This document shows, in pieces, positions 36,770 through 50,631 of a stretch of 64,000 nucleotides of DNA; the first letter of the stretch is position 1, and each line of letters begins with the position of its first letter. Below the pieces are notes generated by a model that did not search any database, was not told the origin of the DNA, and saw only the letters and a program-made list of their open reading frames with translations. The stretch is from Amphiscolops sp. MND2022 (lineage: Eukaryota). The translations under genes were made by a program, and so were the position numbers. The DNA lies in NCBI GenBank assembly GCA_964187785.1, contig OZ076413.1, forward strand, positions 44,952,001 through 45,016,000, read 5' to 3'.

Positions 36770-38972
36770 TGTCACGACCCGCTCCCGGTCGTAATTTCAC
36801 CTGCTGCTCCGGGATACCCGGGTACGGAAGGGGACGAGGCAGCGGCTTTTGCAAGTATTACTAAACTAGTTTAATTTTAACTCAATCAAATGTTTCACTT
36901 ACAGTACAGCTGAATTATCTGTAGATAATTTTCCAAATCAAAATTTAACGCAAGCGCCACGGAATACTTTCAGAAATGATTTAGGACTAGCCAAAATTTC
37001 CGGTTTAATGTTTTCACGCGTAACGCTACTTTCATTTCCGGTATCGTCTTCTGAATTTTGTCATACTAATCTAAATATTAAAATAGAAACATTTTCTAAT
37101 TGAGATCATTCTTCTTCTGTTCCACACTAAAATGAAAACATCAAAAATAATATTTAATTCCGAGATCCCAACGGAGTGCATACGACCTAAAATGAAAAAC
37201 ATACAGAAAATAGGGGAGTTATTTCTCCAGTATTAGAGTAGTTGTCAATATTCACATAAAGCCTCAGTCAAGTGAGTTTAAGCAAATGTTTACAACGTTA
37301 TGACAGCGTCACTCAACTGAGCTAATACTAGGTGTTTCTAGTTTTACGGACCAATAGCGTCACTCCTCAACTGAACTATTTAGGCTTGCGCCGATCGAAT
37401 TAAGCTCGGTTGCCCCTAGCAACGCCAAATAGCTAAGAGAAAGGGAATGAACTCGCATACGCGCTCTGCGTTCTCTCCGATGGCCTCCGCAGCTCAGCTA
37501 TAACTAATCTTAATACGTACGGAGCGGCTACGGAGCGGATTGTAAAATTGTATTCCGCTGGTTAGCTATAACTAATCTTAATACGTACGGAGCGGCTACG
37601 GAACGGATTTTCAACTGTAGATATGAAGTCTTGGTACAAACGGAATTATGACGAAGCGTCCTTCCTGAATCGACGCATTTAAGTGATCTTTACAAAAGGA
37701 TTTCACATGGAGAAAAACTGTACTGTAAGGAAAACTGAAGTACTAGTTTGATGCTACCAAATGTAAAATACGGTTGACTTACGTTGCAATTTACTCATCA
37801 ACAAAAGGGTTTCGATTGAATAGCTTCATTTTATGGGAGATACATTGTGGCAATGAAAAAGGAAAATGCTGCGTAAGATTAACGCACATTCCAAATGCCT
37901 TCTTATAATTTCCTGCGTTTGTGACACTACCATAATCATGAGTTCTTACCTTTTTGATACCAGTCTGTTGTCTGATTTGATAAGTGGAAACTTTTTACAC
38001 TATTCTCCTAATTTCTATGGAAACGATGTTTTGTACAAACGGGTTGTTCTTGTTGTAACTGTTAATGTTTGTGTTTAATCAAAATGAGTGCTAAAGGTAT
38101 GGTGAATGTTTGTCTAAGTTATCAATCGCAATATGCCGTTTCAGCATCGTTTATTCCTTTTTAGTATTTAGGTATTTCCCATTTTTAAATTCCTTTACTC
38201 CGTTTCACGTCCGTCAATTTTTTCGAGCGTCATACTTTTGCTTCGAACATCGATTTCCTAACTTGGGAAGTGACTAATTGATCACGCCGGCGTGTCTTCG
38301 TCGATGAAAAGTTCAGCTAGACCTTTATTTTACCGCAATTTCGAGACTTAAACAGGAAATGGAATTACCTGAACAGAAATGATTTCAACAAATATTACAG
38401 AATAACGACGCAACTAGGAATTTTGATACCTGATTTTATGACGCGGGGCTGAAATAATTTGAATCATAAGCTCTTTTTGATGAACAAACTTGATTTTAAG
38501 ATACCTAGGAATTTTTAGGAATTTAAAACAACGAAAATGCCTTCTTCGAAGAATTTAATTTTTGCGGAAGACTTTGAATCTTCAACCTGAAAAATGACAA
38601 CTAGAAGCGAAAAGAGGAAAGCCATAGCTGAGCTAGTTTCTGGAGATTTTGAAACCCCTGTAAAGGAGAATATCTCGTCTGAGGATTTAATTGCAGGGCC
38701 TACTAAAACTCTCCGGTTTGAGCCAGAAAACTTAGACGAAATAAAAACGTCTTTGAGGAAAGAAACCCTATCTGACCTGTCAAAAATGTTGGCTAAGAAT
38801 CAAAAGGAAATGCCTAAAGTGATAGCACCTTTGAGTAAAAAACATCCCATCTGTACTGATGACCAGGAATCTGATTCTGAACTTGAAAACATCTCCGTTG
38901 CCAGAACGTCAACACCTGTTAAAACAGCAACTGCGACTAACTCTAGAACTACCCCAGTAAATAGTCGTAACA
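36770..38972 (+). repeat. 5' LTR (2203 bp)
   Basis: tgtcacgacccgctcccgg..aatagtcgtaaca, colinear with 50632-52930; contains an internal ~70-bp tandem duplication at ~37494-37620. Confidence 0.96.
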
Positions 38973-40005
38973 TGGTGACAGGAGTTCTCAATGGCTCCAC
39001 AAATCAACCCACCAAAAGACGGAAACAACAACGTGCATCTAGCGAACAAACAAAAGAACGTCCCTCAACATCTAAAATACTGTTCGCACCCCAACCGCAG
39101 ACATTCCTATCTGCCAATCTACTTCCAATGCCGAAAGCGCTCACTGCTTCGCTCCCAGTTTTCGACGGTAAGTCCGAAAAAAATGAAATTTTTGAGGACC
39201 TTTTCCGAAGCAACATCAAAATGTACCCCCATCTCACAGAGATCCAAAAATTAAATTACTTTCACTCACTGCTACGAGGAAACGCACTTCAAGCGTACTG
39301 TAACCGCGACGACACTAAAAAAGACAACCTGGAAGAAGTCATAACGGCTTTCAAACGTCGTTTTGGCGATTTCCAATCATCAGCTAAAGCAAAATGCGAG
39401 TGGGACTCCCTACATTTTGACCAAAAAAAAACAAAAACTCCATGAATTTTTGTACACATTGCAGAAAACGGCTGAAGAAGCCTTCGGATCTGAGGGACAA
39501 AAGTTCATTGATAAAGCAGTATACGCCAAAATGCCAGACCACGTTAAAAAGATTCTTAACAGGGCCTACTTAGAAGACAAGCCCTACATCGATATCGTTC
39601 TACATCTTGAACGAGAGATGCGATTAAACGGACTAGGCGCGCCTGATGAAACGACCCTAGTCCCCCTTAACACAGTGGACGCCGTAGTGACGGATGAAAA
39701 GAAAGAACAACAACAAAGAGGGTATTGCTTCCATTGTGGCAAATATGGCCACTACAAAGCACAGTGTCGCCGACTCCGAAAGGAGCGATACTACGCCAAC
39801 ACAAAAACGAACAATAAAGAGTCAAATCAAAATGAACCGCCAAAACCCACATGCGATACGTGGGGAAACATGCACAAAACTGAAAACTTGGGACAGAGCT
39901 AATGCGGCAAATGACCCCAGGAAACGCAAACGAGAATTCACCATCCCAACGGACAAGATCAGCGAACAACCCGTACCTACCACGTCGACCCAAGCAAAAA
40001 ACTAA
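38594..40005 (+). pseudogene. gag: gag (frameshifted), starting inside the 5' LTR
   Basis: LPVFDGKSEK..FHSLLRGNALQ capsid-like region; CFHCGKYGHYKAQC zinc knuckle. Confidence 0.88.
38973..38988 (+). promoter_or_regulatory. Primer-binding site
   Basis: TGGTGACAGGAGTT immediately after the 5' LTR CA; cognate tRNA not assigned. Confidence 0.7.
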
Positions 40006-40029
40006 AATCGCCGCGCCTACGCTCTGGGG

Positions 40030-43000
40030 AAAAAGTAGACACGAGGGCGTACACCATAGAAGACCCCTCAAATAGGTACGAAGAGGATTGTTTCAGAGAA
40101 TGCAACGAGGAACCAACCCAGGACTTGCAACGTCGCTGGAAGGTAGGCATGATACTGAGACACAATGCAAGACACACAGAAGATGCAACACCACCACCCC
40201 AATGGATAACAGAGTTGCCCGATAATTATGCGACACTTAAAAGACCTCTGCCAGAATCAAAAACCGAGCGCATTTACATATATGACAGAGACTATAGATG
40301 TGATCCTTGGGACGAACCAACCATCTATGACACAAATGAACCCTCTTTCAAAATCCAGGTTCCAAAACCTCAAGCCCAATCCACAGAAACTACAAATTTA
40401 CCATCACCGCCGTCACCAATCCTGAAAAAGACAACACCGTCCCCGACAGTACCCGTCACAATCACGTCCACACCGATAGATGCAGAGAACATCATCTGCA
40501 TTGAGGACAAAACAATATGGGCACAACAAGAAAGAGAACAACGAGGGAAAACCGATCCTACAGTATCACCTCCAAAAACTGCAACCGCTACAGCAATGAC
40601 AAACGGAGACGAAGAAATAACAGAATGCCCTTCAAAACTACCCGAAGATTTAGATGTCATCAAAGAATTCATCCAGCACGACAAAGATGACGACTACATT
40701 CCGTTATTGTCCGCAATCGCCCTCAATAAGAAAAAACGAATGCTTTTTGTACCAGTTGAATTCAACACTGTCAATATCGACGCCTTAGTCGACTCAGGCA
40801 AGTACATTAACGCTATTAGTGAAAGGGACACCGAAAATGTTCGACAGAAAGCTAGTCAATGCATCGTCAACAGAGCACCCCCTCCCCCTTTCAAAGTGCA
40901 GTACGCTAACGTCGAATTAGAACAACCACTTGCCACGTACACCCTACGTTTCCAAATAGGGGACTACACCTTCGAAGAAACGTTCAAGGTCATGAACCAA
41001 ACATCATTCCCCATAATAGGACTAGCGTTCCTCCGAAAACACGCCGCAATTTTAGACACTGCACAAGGGACAATTGACTTCCTGAAGATCCAAAACACGA
41101 TGGCGCTCACCGACGAAATGCAAAAGTGCAACCCCAAGCACATCATGATCAAAACGGAATCAAAACATACGATACCTGCACATGCCACACGCATCATTTA
41201 CGCATCAATACCAGTGAGTACCGAACATCCAATAAATGGAACAGTTCAACCCCTACCGCAATTTGACGAATGTTCAGAAATCATGATAGCTCCGGCAATA
41301 ACAACTGCCAGAGATAACAAGGTGACAATAAAGATCGCCAATACAACAGATTTTCCTTACACAATTGCTACAGACACCAAAATAGCTGAACTACAGACTC
41401 TTAAACGAAGATGATCCGCCCAGTCGACATTGCCGCTCTCAATCTCCTCACAGAACACGACGATGTAGTAACGTACATCAACGCACTAATGGAAGTAGAA
41501 CGACCGGAGGATAATGAAGAAAAATTCTGGTTCCCAACCCCAGAAAACCCCGGCAATGAACAAGAACATTCGCCCATACAAAAGCGAATTTTGAAAGAAC
41601 TACAGGAACTCGCCGAACTAGAAAAACTCGATCCAACTGAAAACGACGAATCCCGAAACAAGTTCCTTGCAATGTTCAAATGGACCGACTCACTAATCAC
41701 GGGAAAAGATCGTGATAGCCTAGAAAACACCTGCGCCCGTCATGACTGGACATCGGATAGAATAAGCAGTTTAAAGTCAGCTTAACTCCACAAGACGACA
41801 AACCAGTATACACACAAAGTCTACCAGTCCGTCCCAATCAATCTCAAGGAAGATCTTACAGTAGAGCTGGCCCTCATGCATAGATACGGCATAATCACAA
41901 CTCTCCCATTCTCCAAATATGCCAGCCCCATTTTTGCACAACGAAAACCCAACGGCAAGCTGAGACTATTGGTGGACCTGCGAAAAATCAACGCCCTCAT
42001 TGCAGATGACTACATCAATAACAACCACCCCGTTAGCACCCCCTCAGATGCGGCACAACATCTAGCAGGGAAAAAACTGTTCTGCAATCTCGACTGCTCC
42101 CAGGCGTATCACTGCCTCCAAATGGCAGATCAAAGGTCAGTAGAATTACTTGCTTTTAACTTTGCTAGTAGGACGTTTGACTATCGTCGTCTAGCCCAAG
42201 GACTAAGTAGAGCGCTGTCAACCTTCTCAAGCTTCATGCGGGAGTACTTCGACGCAGTTATCAAAGCAGATCAGTGTGCACAATATGTTGACGATATTGG
42301 CATAGCCGCAAATACAACGGAACACCTCATAAAAAAAATCGGAGCAGTCAGAGCAGTCTTCAATTGTATACGGAAGGCGGGAATAAAATTGACCATTGAA
42401 AATGTCATTTTGGTGTAACGCAAGTCGAATTTCTCGGACGAACCAGCACCCCAGACGGAGTAGCCCCGCAAGATCAAAAAGTTAAAAATTTTCTCTCAAA
42501 AGTTCAATTCCCGAAATCTAAAAAACAAGTCCAACAATACATCAGTTTCGTCAATTACTACCAAAACTACATACCGCGTTTATCAGAAAAACTCATTGGT
42601 ATGTACGAACTGCTGAAAACCGACTCCAAAATCAGAATCTCGGAAAACCTTGTCGACAACTTCAAAGAAATCAACGCCAGCCTAACCGAAGCCTGCGGTC
42701 TTGCACCCCGACAACCCATAGCAGGTATAACAGTACGTCCTAATGACGGACGCAAGTTTTCGAGCATCAGGTTACGCCCTAATGATAGAAGAAAATGACG
42801 AAAGAGAACTCCTCTCCAAAAAGAACGCTTTCGCACCTGTAGCGTTCGGGTCACGGGGTTTCTCACCAGCACAACTAAAGATGTCAATCTACTGCAAAGA
42901 GTTTTTGGCTATATACCATGCATTCCTTGAATATAACCACATCCTATGGGAAACAAAGATACCGACGCTAGTTTTGACAGACAACCGTTCAGTAACAAAA

Positions 43001-45125
43001 TTTCTCCAGACAAAAACAACGCCACCTGCACTTTGGAAGGCCTGCGACTATGTCCTCTAATTTAAATTTCGAATCATGAACGTAGCATGCTCCCAGAACA
43101 CGGCAGCAGACTTCCTCTCAAGACTCGAAATCACCTCAAAAGAAAAAGTACAACTAAAGCTAAGAGACGACATCTTAACGTCACCAATAGAAGTCAACTT
43201 ACAATCATCAGGTGTTGCAGACGAAGAACAACTTTTCTTCCTGCCAGATGAGGACGAAGAATCCGAACAAGAAACTATTGCCAGGAAAGCACAAAGTAAA
43301 CAACGCGCACAGGAAGAACACGAAAAGAATTATCAACAAAAGTAAATGAAGTCATCAAGATACCTCTCAACTCCGCAGTCTACTCGTTCGGCGCAATCAA
43401 GGAAAACGCACGGATCAGAAACGAGCAAGACGCGGATCCCCTCCTTGAAGCGTTGAAACTACGGATATCGCACGAAGAATACGACAAGCACCTCCTTAAA
43501 ACTGAACCAAAAGGACGAAATCTACTACGTCACGAAGAAAGAATCATAATGAAAGATGGCGTCCTCATGCGGAAGTACTACAGAGAAGATGGAACAGTCA
43601 CACAAAACCAAATCATAATCCCGAAACACCTAGTCCCAGATTTTTTGTCCAAACTACATGGAAAAAACAAACAACCAGGAATAACGAAAATGATACAGGA
43701 ACGTAGAGCCAAATACCATTTCCGGTGACTAGCACGGAAAATCAGAGCCTGGGTAACTAGTTGCCCAGATTGCATTGCCAACAAGCGAATTGACGCGAGA
43801 CAAACACGTCCCGAAATGCTGAGCAACACTGAATTCACAATGGGACCAGAAGACTGCCTAGAAGTTGACATATTACCAACTTTACCATCATCCAATGGTT
43901 TTCAACACATCATCACAATGATGGATGTCTTCTCACGCTACCTTTTCGCATATCCAACTCAAGATATGACAGCAAGGACAGTGGCCCGTTGCATTCGCGA
44001 TGCAATGACACGACATTGATATCTACCGACCGTCATACTAACAGACAAAGGATCACAATTCAGATCAGAAGAGGTCAATCAGATAGCCCAAACGCTAGAC
44101 ATACGGATCAGCCACGCATCGACGAAACATGCGCAAACAATAGGCATATTAGAAAGAACGCATGCCTCTCTGAAGACATCGTTAAAAATATCAACGGGAG
44201 AAAGACGTTCAATATGGCAAAAATATGTCCAAATCGCCGTCATGAATTACAACACAAGCTACCATGAGAGCTTGGGCTGTGAACCTACAACAGTGTTTCA
44301 CGGACGCATTCCGTACAAAATCTTAGACATCAATCTTGTATTAAAACTCGAATGGAAAAGGGACAACAACGAAGAATTAACGGACCAACTACAGAAACAA
44401 ATAACCGAGATCCATCACCCCGCCAAAGAGAATCTGATGCAATCATATCTCAAGTACAAACAATACTACGACAAGAAAGCGACTGCTACGCCTCTCAAGG
44501 TCAATAACTACTGCTACGTTTAAACCCGAAAGCGGACAACCAGTCAATGAAATTCGCCTTCAAAGATTGCATCTGGACTGGTCCTTACGTAGTCGTCAAA
44601 GTGCTTTCAAACAACAATTATGTCGTACGTCGCACGGGTACACGATACACGCAAACCCTCCATAGAATTCGTCTGAGGCTATTTGCTCCCAATCAGCGAG
44701 TACCTGACGTAACAGTCAGAAGGGAAGATTACCTTCCAGATCCAGAGGTTAAAACAACCCTCAATTATTGGTACGCGCTAGCTTGGGAAAGCGAACTCGG
44801 AGAAGTTCTGTTCAGCACGCCTACGGAAAATTCAACAGAAGAAGCTACAATCACCGAAATCACAGACACGACAGAAGACGACGCAACTACAACGGAAAAT
44901 GAAGTGACTAAAACAGCCACAATTGAAAATTCTGATGGGGATAAAACATTCTCCGATAACATTACGTCATTTTATCTGGACGTCAGTGACAATCCTTACA
45001 TTTTGACGCAACCCCCCAAAAAACGCCCGAACTACCACCTATAGTTGTTGGATATAATCCTAGAAAAATAGAAAGATACAACTTACGCCCTAATCCGAAC
45101 CCTAACGCGAATCCTGACTTCTGAA
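40030..45125 (+). pseudogene. pol: pol: protease, RT, RNase H, integrase (multiple frameshifts and stops)
   Basis: ALVDSG; KLRLLVDLRKIN..YVDDI; MTDAS..KEFLAI..TDN; CPDC, EVDILP, TDKGSQF, ERTH; WTGPYVV (GPY/F motif). Confidence 0.93.
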
Positions 45126-45297
45126 TACTTGACTCAGTGACTACGGAAGACTCACGTCAAACTCACAACTAGATGAAAAGTATCAGCATATCAAACCGAA
45201 CCGGAATGACTACGTCAATTCTCATGACTTTTCCTAACTACAAAATACCATAGACAAATTAAATGTCCCAAAATCAAATACAAACATCATATTTATA

Positions 45298-48200
45298 TTA
45301 ACCAAACACGAGCAAATACAGCAATCGGAATCCCAGTTCAAAAGAAATATCAGACATACAAAACTTCTTAGCTGGTTTCTTCAACTTGTGAAAACCAGAA
45401 GGATCAACCTCCTTTTTCACTGGCTTCTTACTTTTCTTTGGCAGAACAGGGGCATCCGCCTTGCTACCGGAAACAGGTGTTTTCGAACCAACCATAGAAG
45501 AACAGCCCGCACCTTTAACCGGCGACTTGACACAGCCACTACTTGACTTGACCACCGTTATTGCGGAAGAACCCGGTCCACTCACACTCTTTTTCTGAAA
45601 CGCTGTACTCACTGAACTTGCTGAACTTCCGACATCACTACCACATTCAGAACGTGACAGATGACTGGAGACTTTACTTTCGGGATGAACGCGAAGCAAA
45701 CGATTGGCAACTTTGCAAGAACTATAGTCAGCATCAAAAGCCTTGCGACGTTCATCCAAAAACATGTCGTACAGGTTCACATACCGTGTAATGAAAGCAT
45801 CACTATCACTACGGCAAAATTTAGTCCACAGAATAATCCCAGCAGTCACGAAGAAGACACCAGAAACTGATACAGCTCGTCGAACAGCACACACAGTCAG
45901 ATCACTGAAGAGACCCTGAGGAGAATATCCCCACACATAACGTACGATTGCACAAGATGTAAGCAGTTCTGGAAAGATCGAGGCTCTAATGAAGTACCAC
46001 TATGATCAAAAGTAACAGCAGGGTATTTGATAGCAGGCATCCCCACAAATTGGCAGCAAAGTTTACATACACGAAGAACACGATGCCGAGCTTGAAACCA
46101 AAAATCCAACAACAGATGCCGCACCACATCCGCATTACCACTCGCAGCCTGCCCAGAACTCAAATGACTCTTCCGCCTTTCCACTACATAGCTGGTATAC
46201 TCTTCCACTGCAGCTCTGGACACATCAGATGGAATAACACCACAAGTCTCCAACACTTTACACAAACCAGCAAATAACGCAAACGTGGTAGTGTCGTCGC
46301 CCTCCAACTTCATCTCTGGGCAAAAGCTGTACAAGCCTTTACTAACAGCCGACGACGTAGCACTGGTAGTCTTCAGCAACATCACAATCAGGCGGTCGAT
46401 AAAATCGCGACATCGAAACGTCACAAAATCACTCGTCTTCCCTTCTGACAACAACTTCTCGAACTCATAATTCATCAGAAACTCGTTAAAGGGAACACTG
46501 GGGAATGTACTGATTACAGAAGCATCCATATACTCTTCCCACTCGACTATGCCAGGAAGATGTTTCGACACACGCGTCTTCAACAGCAAGCAGTAAATCA
46601 AGTTGCAAAACTCGCTGTACGCAAGGAACGCGTAGTCACTTCGTCCTTGTTCCAGTTTCTCAAAGTTGATATAGTCTAAAACAAGACAAAGTATCTACAG
46701 ATACCAATATCGTTGATTCCCAAAGGCGACAAACAATCAGCGACAACGCAGTCAAAATTACAAAACACAGCCAGTCAAATACAATGGAGAGAAAACAAGG
46801 AACACAAAAGAAACTCACATGTCTCGAGAATGAAACGCAACAACCTGAATCGGTAGACTATCAGCTTGTCGGCCACCAGCAACCAATCTGTACCTTGCAT
46901 CTAGAAAGACAACACAAATAATGACTACAAAATGAACAGGACGACAACCCCCCGGAAACACTAGCATTGGAACCCCAAAGAAAACAACATTCTGGAAACA
47001 CAATAACTAACTCGGTCAGAAGATTCCTTCGCTTCGGGCATCCCAGTACAGCGAATATAGGGTCGAATAGAAGGCCAAAGATCTATCAAATCTGTCAGAA
47101 CTGCGCGCAGATCACAGAATTTAACGAACCCTTGTCGGACACATTTGCGAAGCGTCACCTTTCCTTCCGTCCATTCTTCGTAGAGAGCACTCTTTAAACG
47201 ATGTAACGTATATTCTACGATGGTTGTTATTTCAATCATCCCAAAAACGTCCTGATGGGACTGACGTATACACTGAAGCAGGACCTCACTCGTGAACAAT
47301 TGACAGACCACAAATCGTTTCCCATCAACACTATTATCACTCAACACGCGCAGCAAAGACGGACTGACTCCAACTATCGACACAGGAAGTTTCGGACTAT
47401 TGAAACAACACACGAAACGGGACAAGGGCGTGATTTCAGCATACGGCACAGGCTGCTCCAATATCTCGCTACCAATGCAAACCTTCTTGAGATGCTCTTC
47501 TTCCCAAAAGACAATGAAGCAACGTTCCTCCTCCGTGTCTTTCTCGTACTGCACAGAATAATCGCCAAAAGCAGGTGCCCCATTTAGAACGGCACGTAAC
47601 ACTCGCGGAGCAACGCCTTGACACAGGAACGACTATAAAAATCACAGATACAAAACAAGACATGATAATGAATACACGCAAAACCTAATATTTCTCCCTC
47701 ACTCTAGATTTTTTCAAAATCAGTAGCGGTAGCACAACAACCGCAGCAACTACAATTCGGAAACATCAAACTCACTGCAGTTTCAGAACGGCTCGACTTT
47801 AGAGTAAACTCGGGCTCACGTTCGCCCAACGTAGCCAAGAAATGCCCCCACAGCCGCTGCACTAAAGAGGAATCGCCGCCACTACGCAGCCAGTCACAAA
47901 AGCAGGATACAAGGGTCATGAAAGGCAGTTTCGAATCAACCCTTGAATGTTTTGGCAACAAATCTTCGGGAAAAGGGAACTCTGGGCCCAAATCGAGGAA
48001 AAGTTGGGAGCGAAACTCGTCCTCTTGACAACTAGACAGGGTCATTGGCTCCATTAATTTGTTGTATACCGGCAGCCCCATATGTAAACGGTACACCACA
48101 TCCTGTTCCCAGTGTTTCTTGGACTCGAAATCAACTTGATTTCGAGTCCAAGAAACACTGGGAACAGGATGTGGTGTACCGTTTACATATGGGCACACAT

Positions 48201-49504
48201 AGTGTGATGTAAAGATGGTCTCGCATGGTTCATTGGAATTTGTCCTTGAAGGACAAATTCCAATGAACCATGCGAGACCATCTTTACATCACACTTGCAA
48301 ACCCGGCAGAAGAAGAATTCAGCAATACCGCGCTGTGAGGCTGTCACAAAATCTCCGAAGACAGGATTTAGAGATAGCATCCGACGATGAAGCAGATTAC
48401 GACTGCTATACTTCTTTTTCGGACGTTCCAATCGACTCTCCACTTTATCCACAAGCTCGTTGAAACCTATAACACACGGGCCAAGGTAGAACCTAAGCCA
48501 AAGTGCACAGCTCAGGTACAGTCACGGCACAAACATCAAGAACATATACAGATACCACAGAAGCAAAATCCACTACAATGCAAAATATCATGTAACTAAC
48601 CAGACTCTAAATGGTATCTAGTGCGTGCTTCCAATTCCGCCATCAAGTGCCAACCAAATTGCTTCATCTCGGGGGAAACAGCATATTTCGCCCCTGGCGG
48701 CGGTACAAGATCGTCACCCTGACTTCTACAGCCTTGGAAAACAGTTGCGGACTCACTTTCCTTCCGACGTTTGGGAGGGGTTTCGAAGCGAACGTTCATG
48801 TTCCGGAATGGAAATACAGTTGAACCTATAAAAAACACTACTAAAGAAGCGAACAAAATAACACAATGCAAACCCGGCTTACCACAAAACGATAATACCC
48901 TCACCTCACGGCTGACTTTCGTCCTCGTCACCTCCTTCATCACTCGTGGGGGGGGGCTCCACTACATGAGGCTCCAAATCCAACGTAAGTCCAGACGAAA
49001 GCGTCCCGGACAGCTCAGGGAGAACAGGACATGAGGCTCCGACATCAGGGGAAACAACAGATCCAACCACAGAATCCACGGGAACCAAAGTCGGTTGTGC
49101 ACAAGCAACAGTGCAAACTGGTGAAACCACAGGATTAGAGGCACAAGAAAGAGGAAATACAAAAGATTCCAATGTCGACATTGCTGTGTTGACGACAAAG
49201 GTCTCATCCGCCAAGGTAACGAGAACAACAGTCAAAGAAGTGCCAGGTTGAGTTACTGAAAATCAAGATCTGGATTTCAGACGCGTCAGATAATCGGGTA
49301 AGACTAACCTGGCTGAACACCAAAATATTAGTCCAATTGCCTATGAAAGTCAGAAAGATTTTACCTACCTGAGGAAACAACTGTGACCTCCACCTCCGAA
49401 TGGAAAACGTCATCGTCAGTATAGCAATAGTTTGTCTCATTGTCACTGATGAACCCAGTCCTGGGAGCAGGAGTAAGAGGAGGGAGATCAGAATCTTCAT
49501 CCAT
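45298..49504 (-). pseudogene. Antisense multi-exon accessory gene inside the Gypsy element; BED-like zinc finger, possibly derived from a hAT transposase
   Basis: Minus-strand ORFs linked by GT-AG introns (48826-48904, 48467-48600, 47633-47702, ~46901-47010, ~46676-46818); FFCRVCKCDVKMVSHGSLEF..KKHW finger; probable ATG at 49504 (MDEDSDLPP). Confidence 0.7.
48077..48295. repeat. Two adjacent fold-back palindromes disrupting the BED-finger exon
   Basis: 48077-48124 versus ~48147-48194 inverted; ~48202-48294 is a perfect hairpin centred on tgtcctt-g-aaggaca. Confidence 0.9.
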
Positions 49505-50631
49505 GACGAAGAAAGTGACAGCAGAATCCTTCAAGAAAATCTAAAAAGAATAGGAAAAAAGAAGAAATCACGCTGCGTGAACGTAACCACCCAAAATAAA
49601 TTAGCAACGTCATCCCTACGTATTCAGAAAAAATACATATTCTTCAACTTCATTGGAAAGTCTGTTAAGACATTGACGGGAACAAAACGTTTCCAAATAT
49701 CCCTACTGATGGATAAAAGTTCATCAAGAAGCTCTGAAGAAAACCCTCCTAAAAGCCATTTTAGAAATTGCATTTTGTGAAAGTAATGTTTTCGAGAAAA
49801 TTAATGACGTCATAACGACGCTGATGAAAGAAAACGGAATTAAGATGAAGATTTTCTATTTTGACCAATCACAGCGAAGATAAAAGTTCAGGACGGACCG
49901 GAAAGAATAAGGAAAAACCGACCAATAAAATTTCGAAGAAAACTACGACGGAAAGAAAATTGAAACGCTCATTTGTCGTTCAATTCCACTAATAGCAGTT
50001 TGAAAAATAAATCTCAAAAGAAATTCCTCAAACAAAACTACTAAAGTGAGCGGATATTCTTTGGTGATTGACATCCCCTCTGATGAAGAAGAAAGGCGAC
50101 AAAGCACCCCTATCAAAACACTGCCGCTGAATAAGGTCGGGGCGCTTAATATAAGCGACTCCTCAGTCGAAGAGTGGAGAGGAAACGATGCGGATATGGG
50201 TTCTGCGTCCGAAACCGAAAGCCCCCCAAGAAGACTAGAGTCAGCCCTGAAAAGAAGAAAAAGAGAAACGGAAAGGTTACGTTTAACCTACCTCCCGCAG
50301 TAAAAGACTTAAAGACAGACTCAGATACGGATGACTACTACGAAGAGCGGGACACCCCAAGGATACAGTCCCCCCAAGGCCTTCATTTGTGAAGGACGTC
50401 TCCCCCATACACAAAACTGCAAAAGATTATCTGAACGCCTAGAAAGGCCTACAGCACACGAACTAGCGGCAATGTACAGCTCAGACAACGAGAAGGACGT
50501 ATACATGTCTGATGGTCGCGGACGTGGCCCGCATATCCTAAGAAACTACTCCTGTCGGCCTGCAGTGAGAGTAACAGAGGAGATCCCCCACTGCCACGGA
50601 CTATCTACGTATCTAGCAACAAGAGGGGCCC

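Noticed and set aside
45298..49504. env gene
   Set aside because: Wrong strand, spliced, and no signal peptide, furin site or TM anchor pattern seen
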